A stretch of 64,000 bases of DNA, taken from the sequence record DRR378314_409; one strand, 5' to 3'. A model generated the notes under the pieces. That model ran no database searches. It was not told the origin of the DNA and saw nothing but the letters and a program-made list of their open reading frames with translations. Of the stretch, positions 39,981 to 50,945 are shown in pieces. Both the position numbers and the translations under genes were made by a program. Position 1 is the first letter of the stretch. Each line of letters opens with the position of its first letter.

Positions 39981-40544
39981 TTAATCAGCCCGCTTTACAT
40001 ATTCTGATGTTTCGGTGTTGACCACGACTTTCTCACCGGCACTGCAGAACGGCGGGATCATGATCCGCATTCCGTTTTCTAGCAAAGCTGGTTTGTAGGA
40101 TGAGGCGGCCGTTTGACCTTTAACGGTCGGTTCTGTTTCTGTGATTTCAAAAGTCAGATGTTCAGGGAGCAGAATATTCAGAGCTTCCTCTTCGTAAAAC
40201 TCAATCTCCAGATCCATACCATCTTTTAGATACTGGGTTTTGTCGCCGGCCAATTCTTTGGAAATGCTCACCTGTTCATAAGTCGAGGCATCCATGAATG
40301 TCAGCAATTCACCATCTTCAAATAAGTATTGATAAGGCTTTTGTTCCAGACGCGCCCGTTCCACAGTTTCAGAGGAGCGGAAACGTTCATTCAACTTGCT
40401 GCCATCGCGGAGGTTTTTAAGTTCAACCTGTAGATAGGCGCCGCCTTTACCGGGTTGTGTATGCTGAATTTTTACCGCGATCCAAAGGCCGTTTTTATGC
40501 TCAATTACGTTGCCAGGCCGAATTGCATTGCCGTTAATTTTCAT
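39981..40544 (-). CDS. efp: Elongation factor P
   Basis: [10 protein letters not shown] loop, TVKGQTA..SYKPA.LENG, YVKRA. Confidence 0.97.
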   Translation of the reverse strand: MKINGNAIRPGNVIEHKNGLWIAVKIQHTQPGKGGAYLQVELKNLRDGSKLNERFRSSETVERARLEQKPYQYLFEDGELLTFMDASTYEQVSISKELAGDKTQYLKDGMDLEIEFYEEEALNILLPEHLTFEITETEPTVKGQTAASSYKPALLENGMRIMIPPFCSAGEKVVVNTETSEYVKRAD

Positions 40545-40592
40545 GGCTTCCCATCATCCATTCAATAAATAAGATATGCGGCGCGGACGTTA

Positions 40593-41261
40593 TCAGGTCT
40601 TGCTAACCCGATCAATCACGCTGTTGAGTTCTCGAACAGCCTTTTGAGGACCATCTGAGTAATTCCACACACCGCCTGATACAGCTAAGAAATCTGCACC
40701 GCTTTTAACCAGTGGAGCGGCATTGTCAACTGTTATCCCGCCGATCGCGACAACCGGGGTCTCCGCAAGAGAGGTCCACCATTCCAGTAACTCGCGATCC
40801 GCATGTGTTTTTGCAGCTTTTGTTTCGGTTGGATAAAAAGCGCCAAACGCCACATAATCAGCACCGGATTCGGCCGCAACCATTGCAAGGTGTCGGGAGT
40901 TGTGACAGGTCACACCGACAATTGCGTCATCTCCCACAATGTCTCTGGCGTTTTTATAGGGTGTATCTTCCTGCCCGACATGAACGCCATCCGCTCCAAC
41001 CGCTGCGGCAAGGTCGGGATCATCGTTCACCAAAAAGGCGGCGTCCCGGGATTGAACAATCGGCATCAATTTGTCACAGGCCTGTTTGATCAGATCTTTG
41101 GGTTGGTCTTTCAGGCGCAATTGAAAACAGGCAACATCGCCGCCGTCCAACGCTGCTTTAAGCTGATCCTTGAAAGTACTGATCTCAAACTTTGGTGGTG
41201 AGATAAGATACAAGCGGGTTCTAAAGGTGTCGATCTGGGTCTCTCCTGAGATAAACGTCAA
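40593..41261 (-). CDS. thiE: Thiamine-phosphate synthase (ThiE/TenI family)
   Basis: FQLRLK, VNDD, DGVHVGQED, GADYVAFG, PTETK, VAIGGI. Start uncertain. Confidence 0.88.
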   Translation of the reverse strand: MTFISGETQIDTFRTRLYLISPPKFEISTFKDQLKAALDGGDVACFQLRLKDQPKDLIKQACDKLMPIVQSRDAAFLVNDDPDLAAAVGADGVHVGQEDTPYKNARDIVGDDAIVGVTCHNSRHLAMVAAESGADYVAFGAFYPTETKAAKTHADRELLEWWTSLAETPVVAIGGITVDNAAPLVKSGADFLAVSGGVWNYSDGPQKAVRELNSVIDRVSKT

Positions 41262-41270
41262 ACGTTGATT

Positions 41271-42287
41271 TTAACTGATTTCCATATCGGGAGAGTAGCT
41301 TCCATCTCGCGCCAGACTGGTCAGTCGGCAACGGTTCAGAAACGCGGCTTTGGCAGCATCAACATTTTCCACTTTGCCTTGCCAGGATTGTAGGGCAGAA
41401 GCCTGCAGGGCTCGCCCAAAAGAAAAGCTTAATTCCCAAGGATGACGGCCCAATGCATTCATTGCATTCAGATTTTCTGTTGCTTGTGATTCCGATTGGC
41501 CGCCTGAGAGAAAAACAATCCCTGGAACGGCGGCAGGAACAGTCTGCTCAAAACAATAGATTGTCTTCGATGCAACTTCGTCAACACCGGCCTGATCGGG
41601 GCACTCTTTGCCTGAAACAATCATATTGGGTTTCAGCAGCATTTGCTCCAGCACCACCCGTTGTTTGTAAAGTTCATCAAACACGGTCTTTAGTGTTGTT
41701 TCCGTCACTGCATAACATTCATCAATGGAATGACTGCCATCCATAAGGACTTCTGGCTCAACAATCGGAACAATATTTGCTTCTTGGCAGAGCGCTGCGT
41801 AGCGGGCAAGAGCCTGTGCATTGACATCAATACAATATTGGCTGGGAGCACTTTCGCCGATGGAAATAACAGCCCGCCATTTCGCAAAGCGGGCACCCAG
41901 TTCATAATATTCCTGAAGGCGTTCGCGCAGGCCATCAAGACCTTCGGTTACTAATTCGCCGTCACTAAAAGCGAGAGGTTTAGCCCCTTTATCGACTTTT
42001 ATACCGGGGATAACACCTTGACCGCTAAGAGTCTGACTAAGGGTAATACCGTTGGAGGCCGTTTGCCTTAATGTTTCGTCATACAAAATGACGCCACTGA
42101 TGTATTCGGACACATCATCAGCAGTAAAAAGAAGTTCCCTGTAATCTCGGCGGCTATCTTCGGTGCTGTTCACACCGATGGTATCGAAGCGCTTCTTGAT
42201 CGTTCCAGTGCTTTCGTCAGCCGCGAGGATGCCCTTACTATTTGCAACCAGCAACGTGGCGATATTTTCCATGGAAATTTCCGTCAT
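41271..42287 (-). CDS. Class I fructose-bisphosphate aldolase
   Basis: KGILAADES, GIKVDKG, FAKWRAV, VPIVEPEVL, LLKPNM (Schiff-base Lys), FLSGGQSE, FSFGRALQ. Confidence 0.95.
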   Translation of the reverse strand: MTEISMENIATLLVANSKGILAADESTGTIKKRFDTIGVNSTEDSRRDYRELLFTADDVSEYISGVILYDETLRQTASNGITLSQTLSGQGVIPGIKVDKGAKPLAFSDGELVTEGLDGLRERLQEYYELGARFAKWRAVISIGESAPSQYCIDVNAQALARYAALCQEANIVPIVEPEVLMDGSHSIDECYAVTETTLKTVFDELYKQRVVLEQMLLKPNMIVSGKECPDQAGVDEVASKTIYCFEQTVPAAVPGIVFLSGGQSESQATENLNAMNALGRHPWELSFSFGRALQASALQSWQGKVENVDAAKAAFLNRCRLTSLARDGSYSPDMEIS

Positions 42288-42307
42288 CAGTTTTATCCCG
42301 GTTAGAC

Positions 42308-43501
42308 TTAAGTTTCGAGGGCCTTCACGCCAGGTAATTCTTTGCCTTCCATCCATTCCAGAAAGGCGCCACCAGCGGTCGAGATATAAGTGAAGTCTAA
42401 GCTTACTCCCGCATTTGCCAAGGCGGCAACAGTATCGCCACCACCGGCAACTGTTGTCAATTTTCCGTCTCTGGTCAGTCTAGCAGCTTCTTTGGCGATT
42501 GAGAATGTTCCTGCACCAAAGGGTTCAATTTCAAACGCCCCTAGTGGACCGTTCCAGATAAGAGTTTTACAATCGCTGAGTTTCGCCGCCAATTCTTCAG
42601 CAGATGATGATCCAATATCCAGCATCATCTCGTCCGCTGTGACGTCATTTACCGAACAGGTTCGGTTGGCTGCATGTTCCTTGAATTCCTTGGCAACAAC
42701 CGCGTCTTTTTGCAAGATAATCTCACAGTCAACTTTTTCAGCTTTTGCAAGGATTTCCCGCGCCGTATCAGCAAGATCATGTTCACAAAGGGATGCGCCA
42801 ACATCCACACCCTGAGCGTTGAGAAAAGTATTAGCCATACCGCCGCCGATCACAAGGCTGTCGACCTTTTCCAAAAGATTGAATAGCAGATCCAGCTTTG
42901 TGGAAATTTTCGCGCCGCCAACAATGGCCATGACGGGGCGTTTCGGTGTTCCCAGTGCTTTTTCCAGCGCTGTAAGCTCAGCTTCCATATTTCGGCCAGC
43001 AAAGGCGGGCAGGAGGTGGGCCAGGGCCTCTGTGGACGCATGCGCCCGGTGCGAACAGGAAAACGCATCGTTCACATAAAGATCGCCAAGAGCAGCTATC
43101 TCTTTAGCAAATCCGAGTTCATTTTTTTCTTCGCCTGCATGGAAGCGAACATTTTCCATAAGAAGAATATCGCCCGCATTGGCGGAGCCGATAGCTTGAG
43201 TTGCGGCATCCCCAACGCAGTCTTTGACGAAGGTGACATCTAGCTTTAAATGCGCGCCGGCAGCCTTTGCAACCGGTTCCAGGGACATATCCGGAACCAC
43301 TTGGCCTTTCGGACGTCCAAAGTGGCTTAACAGGACCACTTTGGCCCCTTTATCAGAGAGTTCACGAATGGTCGGAGAGACCCTGTCAATCCGAGTGAAA
43401 TCTGAAACTGCCCCATCTTTCATGGGCACATTCAGATCAACACGCACGAGGACTATCTTGTTTTGTGCGTCAATCGCATCAAGGTTCCGGTAACCGGCCA
43501 T
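42308..43501 (-). CDS. pgk: Phosphoglycerate kinase
   Basis: [51 protein letters not shown]. Confidence 0.98.
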   Translation of the reverse strand: MAGYRNLDAIDAQNKIVLVRVDLNVPMKDGAVSDFTRIDRVSPTIRELSDKGAKVVLLSHFGRPKGQVVPDMSLEPVAKAAGAHLKLDVTFVKDCVGDAATQAIGSANAGDILLMENVRFHAGEEKNELGFAKEIAALGDLYVNDAFSCSHRAHASTEALAHLLPAFAGRNMEAELTALEKALGTPKRPVMAIVGGAKISTKLDLLFNLLEKVDSLVIGGGMANTFLNAQGVDVGASLCEHDLADTAREILAKAEKVDCEIILQKDAVVAKEFKEHAANRTCSVNDVTADEMMLDIGSSSAEELAAKLSDCKTLIWNGPLGAFEIEPFGAGTFSIAKEAARLTRDGKLTTVAGGGDTVAALANAGVSLDFTYISTAGGAFLEWMEGKELPGVKALET

Positions 43502-43528
43502 TCGTTTTTTATCTCCGTCTATTCAGCG

Positions 43529-44536
43529 TTAGCCGAGGTTTGCCATTGCAATCGCTGTGTCGCTCATCCGGTTGGAGAAGCCCCATTCATTGTCATACCA
43601 ACTGAGAACGCGCACGAAAGTTCCTTCAACGACCTGTGTTTGGGTTGCGTCGAAAGTTGAACTTGCTGGATTGTGATTAAAGTCGATGGAAACAAGCGGC
43701 TCATCACAAACAGCAAGGACACCTTTAAGGCGGCCATTAGCAGCTTCAACAATTGCAGCGTTCACTTCTTCGACTGTTGTCGATTTCTTGGCCACAAAAG
43801 TCAGGTCAATCATGGAGACGTTAGGTGTCGGGACACGCACGGACGTGCCATCCAGCTTGCCAGCAAGTTCAGGCAACACAAGTCCCACGGCTTTGGCAGC
43901 ACCTGTGGATGTTGGAATGATTGATGTTGCGGCTGCGCGTGCCCGGCGCAGATCACTATGCAAAGTATCCAGAACAGGCTGATCACCCGTATAGGCATGG
44001 ACTGTTGTCATGAAACCATGTTGCAGGCCGATTGCATCGTTGAGAACCTGGGCAACAGGTGCAAGACAGTTTGTCGTGCAGGAGGCGTTGGAAACAATGT
44101 TATGACCGGCTTCCAGTTTGTCGTGGTTCACGCCATAAACGACGGTCAGGTCCACTTCGGTGCCCGGCGCAGAAATCAGGACCTTTTTGGCACCAGCTTC
44201 GATATGCGCTTTTGCCTTGTCCCCATGAGTGAAGATGCCTGTGCATTCGTAGGCAACATCGACTTCTAACTCTCCCCATGGAAGGTCGGCAGGGTTGCGT
44301 TCTGCAGTTACCCGGATAACATCGCCATTTACGATAATGGCGTTATCTGTAACCTTCACATCACCTGGAAAAGGACCGTGGACACTGTCATATTTCAACA
44401 GGTGAGCGTTTGCTTCTACTGATCCAAGATCATTAATTCCAACAACCTTAACGTCTGTTCGGCCGGACTCATAGATCGACCGCAATACGTTCCGACCGAT
44501 ACGGCCAAATCCATTAATAGCAACACGAACTGTCAT
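43529..44536 (-). CDS. gap: Glyceraldehyde-3-phosphate dehydrogenase, type I
   Basis: [30 protein letters not shown]. Confidence 0.98.
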   Translation of the reverse strand: MTVRVAINGFGRIGRNVLRSIYESGRTDVKVVGINDLGSVEANAHLLKYDSVHGPFPGDVKVTDNAIIVNGDVIRVTAERNPADLPWGELEVDVAYECTGIFTHGDKAKAHIEAGAKKVLISAPGTEVDLTVVYGVNHDKLEAGHNIVSNASCTTNCLAPVAQVLNDAIGLQHGFMTTVHAYTGDQPVLDTLHSDLRRARAAATSIIPTSTGAAKAVGLVLPELAGKLDGTSVRVPTPNVSMIDLTFVAKKSTTVEEVNAAIVEAANGRLKGVLAVCDEPLVSIDFNHNPASSTFDATQTQVVEGTFVRVLSWYDNEWGFSNRMSDTAIAMANLG

Positions 44537-44591
44537 TTTTGTAAGCTCCTATAACTTATCCTTGGTGGCAATTACGCCGTTTTTAGTTTCC

Positions 44592-46595
44592 TCAAAGCTG
44601 TTTTTTAGCCGCTTCAACAATCGCTTCGCTGGTAATGCCGAAGTGACTGTAGAGTTCGCCCGCTGGTGCAGAGGCGCCAAAGCTGTCAATTCCAATAAAG
44701 TGACCTTTGTCTCCAATGAATTTCTGCCAACCCATGCTGCAGGCAGCCTCAATCGCAATCTTTGCGGTGTTTGGCCCAACAACTTCTTTTTTGTATGCAG
44801 ATGGCTGCTTATCAAAAAGCTCCCAGCAGGGCACCGATACAACCCGGGTTCCGATACCTTCTGTTTGCAGGGTTTTTTGAGCATCCAGCGCGATTGCAAC
44901 TTCAGAACCGGTTGCAAACAAGGTTACTTGCGCTTCTGAATTGGCGGGAGAGAGTTCATACGCCCCTTTTGAACACAGGTTTTCAGATGTGTGTTCGGTT
45001 CGAACTGTTGGAAGGTTCTGACGGCTTAAAGAGAGGATCGAGGGCGTCTTTTTTGACTTTAAGGCAAGCTCCCAGCACTCAGCCGTCTCCACTGCATCCG
45101 CAGGGCGGAAAACAAAACTATTCGGCATGGCTCGTAGCGAGGCAAGATGTTCAACCGGTTGATGGGTTGGACCATCTTCGCCGAGACCAATAGAGTCATG
45201 TGTCATCACATAGATCACACGCTGCCCCATCAACGCTGACAGGCGAATGGCCGGGCGTGCATAGTCTGTAAAGACCATGAAGGTTCCGCCGTAAGGAATA
45301 AATCCTCTATGAAGTGCCAAACCGTTCATAATTGCAGCCATACCGAATTCCCGCACGCCGTAGTAGACATAACGTCCGGAAAAATCTTCTGGGGTCACTG
45401 GTGTTGTCTGATCGGTTTTTGTCAGGTTGGAGCCAGTAAGGTCTGCAGAGCCGCCAATGGTGTTACTGACACATTCATTGATAACTTTCAAAACTTCCTG
45501 ACTTGCTTTTCGGCTGGCCCATGACGGAGCTGTCTCCGAGAGGTTCTTTTTGAAGTCATTTAGGGCTTCATCGAACTCCGGTGGGGTCGCACCAGACAAT
45601 GCAAAGTCAAATGCGGCTTTTTTATCCGCATCCATTTCGCCCAAGGATTTTTCCCATTCAGCAGACAGGCGCGCGCCCTTGGTTCCAACTGCACGCCAAC
45701 GATCCAGAACTTTAGCGGGGATTTCAAACGGGGCATGTGGCCAGTTCAATTCCTTGCGGGCGAGGGTAATTTCGTCATCACCGAGCGGAGCACCATGAAC
45801 ACCAGAAGTGCCCTTTTTATTCGGTGCGCCAAAACCAATGGTCGTTTTGCACGCAATAAGCGAGGGTTTATTAGTTTCCCGAGCAGCGGCAATGGCGGTT
45901 TCAATTGAATCAGGATCATGACCATCACAACTGAAAGTGTCCCAGCCATAAGATTCAAAGCGCTTCAATGGTGAATCGGAGACAGCAAGGCTTGTCTTGC
46001 CATCGATGCTAATCTCGTTGTCATCCCAAAGGACAATGAGCTTACTTAATTGATTGTGTCCTGCAAACGAAGCCGCTTCATGGCTGATCCCTTCCATTAG
46101 GCATCCGTCACCAGCGACAACATATGTGAAATGATCAACCGAATTTGAGAAGCGGGCGGCCAGCATTCGCTCACCAAGGGCCATGCCAACAGCCGTTGCC
46201 AAACCCTGTCCGAGTGGGCCGGTGGTGGTTTCAATGCCGGTTGCGTGACCAAATTCGGGGTGGCCGGCTGTTTTGGATCCTAACTGACGGAAATTCTTAA
46301 TTTCGTCCATAGTCATGTCTTTATACCCTGTGAGATACAGGAGAGAATAAAGCAGCATAGAGCCATGACCGGCAGAAAGGACAAACCGGTCTCTGTCCGG
46401 CCAATTTGGTTTTGCGGGATCAAATTTCAAAAATTTTGAGAAGAGAACGGTTGCAACATCCGCCATTCCCATTGGCATGCCAGGGTGGCCGGAGTTTGCT
46501 TTCTGGACGGCATCCATGGACAAGGCACGGATTGCGTTTGCCATCTCGGTATGTTTGGTATTGGAAGGCGTAGTGTTGGCGCCGCTTTCGTTCAT
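44592..46595 (-). CDS. tkt: Transketolase
   Basis: SGHPGMPMG, DRFVLSAGHGSML, GDGCLMEG, GVREFGM, THDSIGLGEDGPTHQPVE. Start 46595 or 46616. Confidence 0.97.
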   Translation of the reverse strand: MNESGANTTPSNTKHTEMANAIRALSMDAVQKANSGHPGMPMGMADVATVLFSKFLKFDPAKPNWPDRDRFVLSAGHGSMLLYSLLYLTGYKDMTMDEIKNFRQLGSKTAGHPEFGHATGIETTTGPLGQGLATAVGMALGERMLAARFSNSVDHFTYVVAGDGCLMEGISHEAASFAGHNQLSKLIVLWDDNEISIDGKTSLAVSDSPLKRFESYGWDTFSCDGHDPDSIETAIAAARETNKPSLIACKTTIGFGAPNKKGTSGVHGAPLGDDEITLARKELNWPHAPFEIPAKVLDRWRAVGTKGARLSAEWEKSLGEMDADKKAAFDFALSGATPPEFDEALNDFKKNLSETAPSWASRKASQEVLKVINECVSNTIGGSADLTGSNLTKTDQTTPVTPEDFSGRYVYYGVREFGMAAIMNGLALHRGFIPYGGTFMVFTDYARPAIRLSALMGQRVIYVMTHDSIGLGEDGPTHQPVEHLASLRAMPNSFVFRPADAVETAECWELALKSKKTPSILSLSRQNLPTVRTEHTSENLCSKGAYELSPANSEAQVTLFATGSEVAIALDAQKTLQTEGIGTRVVSVPCWELFDKQPSAYKKEVVGPNTAKIAIEAACSMGWQKFIGDKGHFIGIDSFGASAPAGELYSHFGITSEAIVEAAKKQL

Positions 46596-46975
46596 CACAG
46601 ACTCTTTGCTATCCACTGATGGCAGACATAAAATTCGCTTTTCTGATTTCGCTCAGCGAGCAGAAAAATATTCGATCATCAGTGCCCATTTGGGTAAAAA
46701 CACAACATTACCTGCCAGAAAATAGATTGCATCCGTGCATCTTAAATGACAGATACATAGAAAATCGAACTATAGTATAATTTTCCGGCAAGCTTCGAAA
46801 TCGGGTGGGAAGATGCCGTTCTATGGCCTGCGCGTCAACATCTTAGTGTCGGAAATATTGATTAATTGGCTAGAATCAGGACCTGTATTTCGGTTGACGC
46901 ATATTGTGTGCAACCCTTATTGTCTGAACTGTGGTTCAAGAGACATATGGAACTAAATAATGGGGCTTAACCAGC

Positions 46976-47260
46976 ATGGATAAAGGCGAGAACACCGAAT
47001 CACGGATTGAAACCGCCCTCAAACGGCTTCATGAATTGTCAAGTAAGCTGTCAGATCGCCCGGCACAAGGTGACCTGATATCTGACGGTGAGCCCGTGTT
47101 GAAAGCCGAAATGAGTAATCTGAAGGTTGAGAATCAGCTTCTGCGGCAGGAACTCCTGGAACTGACAGCCTCATACAATGGTTTGAAACAGGCAACTGAC
47201 TCAGCATCGGGCCGGTTGGATAAAGCAATCAAAAATGTGGCTGAACTGTTGGAGCAATAA
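46976..47260 (+). CDS. Small coiled-coil protein upstream of zapA (DUF4164/ZapB-like)
   Basis: Heptad-rich, ending RLDKAIKNVAELLE; position between tkt and zapA. Confidence 0.7.
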   Translation: MDKGENTESRIETALKRLHELSSKLSDRPAQGDLISDGEPVLKAEMSNLKVENQLLRQELLELTASYNGLKQATDSASGRLDKAIKNVAELLEQ

Positions 47261-47264
47261 GTAA

Positions 47265-47582
47265 ATGGCGAGTGTGACAGTTAAGGTCAACGGGCGTTCC
47301 TACCCAATTATTTGCGATGATGGTGAAGAAGATCATTTGCTATATCTTGCCGAATATGTGGACAAAAAAGTCAAAGATCTGAGTGAGGCCGCCGGAACAG
47401 TGAACGAAGGTCAATTGTTATTGATGGCCTCGTTACTGATTGCTGATGACCTCTCTCAAGCTTACGAGACGATCGATGGTCTGCGGGATGGATCCAAATC
47501 AGACGGTGAAAATGGGCAAGTTCATTTGCAAACGATCGCCGATCAGTTGGAAACTATTGCAGAACGGCTTGAAAAGGCTTAA
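47265..47582 (+). CDS. zapA: Cell division protein ZapA
   Basis: VTVKVNGRSYPIICDDGEEDHL..LA..VD...LLMASLLIADDL. Confidence 0.92.
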   Translation: MASVTVKVNGRSYPIICDDGEEDHLLYLAEYVDKKVKDLSEAAGTVNEGQLLLMASLLIADDLSQAYETIDGLRDGSKSDGENGQVHLQTIADQLETIAERLEKA

Positions 47583-47594
47583 GTAAGCTTCGCT

Positions 47595-47772
47595 GGTCTG
47601 CCTGGTTTGTTAGATCATTTTAATCCTGGGGCCAATACCGAAATCTAGGGGGCTAATCCCTGACTGAACCGTGGTTCTATTATATCGGCTCCCACCTGAC
47701 TTGTCAGGCCACAGAGATTTCTTAGTATCGACGGCCTATGGTGGATCAGCACCTTTCTCGGGCGAGGAGGCC
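47595..47772 (+). ncRNA. ssrS: 6S RNA
   Basis: Canonical zapA-6S-ygfA position. Ends pair (GGTCT..GCCTG / CGGGC..AGGCC) and it contains alpha-6S-like blocks CCTGGGGCC, GGGGCT.ATCCCTG, GCTCCCACCTGAC. Boundaries approximate. Confidence 0.82.
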
Positions 47773-47777
47773 TGCCA

Positions 47778-48350
47778 TTGACGGAAATCTCCAGCAGGAA
47801 GCAGGAACAACGCGCAGTTGCCCTAGAGCAACGCAAAGGCTTGGGAAGCTCGCATGCCGCAGAGGCCGCCGCCGCACTTTTTATGAAAACTATCCCACTC
47901 GACAGGGCTTCATTCGTATCTCTTTATATGCCCATCGGGAATGAGCTTGGCACCCAGCCCTTAATGACGAAGTTGGCTAGCTTGTCGGATGTAATTTTTT
48001 TGCTGCCTGTAATTGTAGCTAAAGCCGCTCCCTTGATCTTTCGGTGCTGGCGACCTGGCGAAGCGCTAGAGCAAGCTGGTTTTAACACATTGCAACCCTC
48101 AAGTGACGCACCCGTTGAAACGCCAGATGTGCTGGTGGTTCCTTTGTTGGCATTTGATGAGCGTGGGTATCGAATGGGATATGGGGGCGGGTTTTATGAC
48201 CGCACACTCGCCGAGCTGAGAAAGACAAAAGATATTCAAGCGGTTGGATACGCCTTTGAAGGGCAATTGGTGGAGGAAGTGATTGTTGATGTATATGATC
48301 AACAATTGGACTGGATCGTAACTGAAGACAAGGTAAGGAAGTTTCGTTGA
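47778..48350 (+). CDS. ygfA: 5-formyltetrahydrofolate cyclo-ligase
   Basis: PDVLVVPLLAFDERGYRMGYGGGFYDRTL; D..LD.IVTE. Confidence 0.94.
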   Translation: MTEISSRKQEQRAVALEQRKGLGSSHAAEAAAALFMKTIPLDRASFVSLYMPIGNELGTQPLMTKLASLSDVIFLLPVIVAKAAPLIFRCWRPGEALEQAGFNTLQPSSDAPVETPDVLVVPLLAFDERGYRMGYGGGFYDRTLAELRKTKDIQAVGYAFEGQLVEEVIVDVYDQQLDWIVTEDKVRKFR

Positions 48351-49153
48351 GAGTTTTATATTGTGGTGATGTCGTTGGCCGTTCCGGTCGGGAAATCGTG
48401 CTGGAGAAAATCCCCGAGCTTCGAAAGTCCCTGAATCTTGATTTTGTGATTGTAAACGGTGAGAACGCCGCCTCCGGTTTCGGCATTACGGAAAAAATTG
48501 CTACCTCATTCTATGAGAGCGGTGTTGATTGTATCGTTTTGGGAAATCACAGTTTTGATCAGAAGGAAATTATGAACATCATGTCTTCTGATAAAAAGTT
48601 AATCCGCCCTATTAACTATCCAGAAGGAACACCAGGACGCGGTGCGGCTGTGTTTAAAACAACGCGCGGAAAATCTATTTTGATCGTGCAGGCAATGGGG
48701 CGGGTATTTATGGATCCGCTGGATGATCCATTTGCCGCAGTGGATCGTCTTTTGACCAATAATCGCTTGGGCAAGCAGCATGATTTCGTCCTCGTGGATC
48801 TTCATGCGGAAGCGACATCCGAAAAAATGGCAATGGGGCATTTCTGCGACGGACGGGCATCGGCTGTGGTTGGAAGCCATCAACATGTTCCGACGGCTGA
48901 TGCGATGATTTTACCCGGTGGAACCGCCTATCAAACGGATGCGGGCATGTGTGGTGACTATAATTCCGTTATCGGAATGCAAAAGGATGAGCCCTTGCGA
49001 CGCTTCACCCGAAAAATTCCGGGAGGCAGGTTTACGCCAGCACTTGGTTCCGCAACTTTGTGCGGTATATTGATTGAAACGGACGATCGATCTGGCCTGG
49101 CGGTTGCTGTTGATCCCGTCCGAATTGGCGGGCGGTTGAAGTCGACACACTAA
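48347..49153 (+). CDS. ymdB: YmdB-like metallophosphoesterase
   Basis: GDVVGRSGR, NGENAA.GFG, GNHSFD, RPINYP, DLHAEATSEK, GSHQHVPTAD, TDAGMCG. Confidence 0.93.
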   Translation: MRVLYCGDVVGRSGREIVLEKIPELRKSLNLDFVIVNGENAASGFGITEKIATSFYESGVDCIVLGNHSFDQKEIMNIMSSDKKLIRPINYPEGTPGRGAAVFKTTRGKSILIVQAMGRVFMDPLDDPFAAVDRLLTNNRLGKQHDFVLVDLHAEATSEKMAMGHFCDGRASAVVGSHQHVPTADAMILPGGTAYQTDAGMCGDYNSVIGMQKDEPLRRFTRKIPGGRFTPALGSATLCGILIETDDRSGLAVAVDPVRIGGRLKSTH

Positions 49154-49262
49154 AAAAACAGTGAGCGCTTAGACTTCCGTAACTTTGTTTGCAATTTATT
49201 AAGGGTACTCCTATAGGGAGTAACACTAATGACTTAGTAACAAGTACCCCTTAGGTGAAATT

Positions 49263-50945
49263 ATGGCTCAATCGGGCTCACATTTCGAAATACATGGCCG
49301 GCAATCGGCCTCATGGACTGTCCAGCGTGTCTGCGATGACCGCCAAACAGCGGTAAATAGCGCTGCTGCCTTATTAAAAGATATCCCTTTGAAGGCTGTA
49401 AAGGTTTTGCAGGTCTCCTACGCAGGTGGAGATGATGGTTTTAGCGACAAAGAAGTCTATTTTGCTGGTGAAAAAACGGCAGGTGGGTCGTCTAAAAACG
49501 CTGAATACGAATTGATAAAACCAATCTGCAAGCAAACCAGTGATCTTTATCGTCAAGATGCCCGTAGGGCAATTCAGAACCAATTGCCCGGACCTTTGAA
49601 GGGGTGGAACCTCATTCCACTTGAGCTCCTATATCATGCTGAAAACTTGCAAAAGTTGAATGATACGGGACAAATTCTGCAAGGTGCTGTCCAAAAAATA
49701 GCGATTTCACAAGTTCAGAAAACCGGGCAGAAGGTTAATGAACGGGTTTTGGAGCTCTATAGCCTGACCAATGAAGTTTTGAAGGACTTAAAGGTTCAAC
49801 GCCAGACTGAAGATTTTCTGGATTTCAAAGGTAGTGACTTGCTGACACTCCATCAGCAGGCTGGTAAAAAAGACAATCCCGAATTAGCATTCATGACCGC
49901 CTTTTGCCGGTATACGAAAGGGATTAAAACCCTTGAACAGAAATATGAAAAAACACTGGAATTAGTTGCTGAAAACTCTGATGGTGGTGTGCTAAAACAC
50001 TTGGATAAGTGGCTCGCTGATTTTTTGATTTCTGGCGAAAACGTTCGTACTCTCGTTGGCAGTAGCGAAAATATGGGAGAGGGTATTCTTCGGCTTATCC
50101 AGGTGATCAAAGGTACGGCTGGCCCGGTCGAAGACGGTCATCCCTTGCTTCCGGCGATCGTTACTCATATCAAGAAAAAGCATCTGCCAGAAACCCAAAA
50201 AGCCTTGCTCCATAAAGTTAAAACAACGCTGCAAGGAAATTCATCATTTGTAAAAGGTGATGCTTTCCAAAGTGTTTTATTTCATAAGCGGATCCAAAAA
50301 GCGCTGGAAATTAATGGTGGGTCTCACATTGGCGGGCAAGATTGTCTGGATGCCTTGAAAGACAGGTGTGCCCGCATGACAGGCAGTACAAGTATTGCCG
50401 CGTTCCTGGAAGGGTATGACCAGTCTTTAGATCGGGTGGACCGGCTGACACAGATTGCCGGCGGGATTATTGGCTCATCTAACATGAGGACGATCGCGAA
50501 TTATATTATTCCAATTCTGGAAACTCCCTTTAACCGAACGGAGATTATAACATCCAGCCGGAATGACATCGATACGTTGAAGAAGATCAGCCGCATACAG
50601 ACAAATGTTCGACGCGCGGGATTTCAGAGTTTCTTTGCTGATCGGTTGGCCAACGACTTGGATGGTCTTGCTCGTGAGCTCTATGAAGCCAATGATGTGG
50701 AAAGTACGCTGAAAAATACCTATCAGCAGAAATCTCAATTGGGCATGACACTTATGAAATGGATTGCTGATGGCGTGTTTAGTGAACCACTCGTCACGCA
50801 AAGAGTGCGGGCGTTTGCCAAGTCGATTATTATGTCGCGGGATTTTATGGCTGCACTTCAGAGTGAGGTAAAGGCCGGTGGAGCCCGTGCCAAAGAACTT
50901 GAGGAATTTACCACATTGCTGCAGCGAACACGGATAGATCGATAG
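49263..50945 (+). CDS. Hypothetical 560-aa soluble protein
   Basis: Long intact ORF with AGGTG RBS; no TM or signal peptide; no motif I can assign. Confidence 0.8.
   Translation: MAQSGSHFEIHGRQSASWTVQRVCDDRQTAVNSAAALLKDIPLKAVKVLQVSYAGGDDGFSDKEVYFAGEKTAGGSSKNAEYELIKPICKQTSDLYRQDARRAIQNQLPGPLKGWNLIPLELLYHAENLQKLNDTGQILQGAVQKIAISQVQKTGQKVNERVLELYSLTNEVLKDLKVQRQTEDFLDFKGSDLLTLHQQAGKKDNPELAFMTAFCRYTKGIKTLEQKYEKTLELVAENSDGGVLKHLDKWLADFLISGENVRTLVGSSENMGEGILRLIQVIKGTAGPVEDGHPLLPAIVTHIKKKHLPETQKALLHKVKTTLQGNSSFVKGDAFQSVLFHKRIQKALEINGGSHIGGQDCLDALKDRCARMTGSTSIAAFLEGYDQSLDRVDRLTQIAGGIIGSSNMRTIANYIIPILETPFNRTEIITSSRNDIDTLKKISRIQTNVRRAGFQSFFADRLANDLDGLARELYEANDVESTLKNTYQQKSQLGMTLMKWIADGVFSEPLVTQRVRAFAKSIIMSRDFMAALQSEVKAGGARAKELEEFTTLLQRTRIDR

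Noticed and set aside
41271..46595. tkt-gap-pgk-fba as a Calvin-cycle (cbb) operon, or a eukaryote-derived aldolase
   Set aside because: No RuBisCO or phosphoribulokinase; this operon with class I aldolase is common in alphaproteobacteria.
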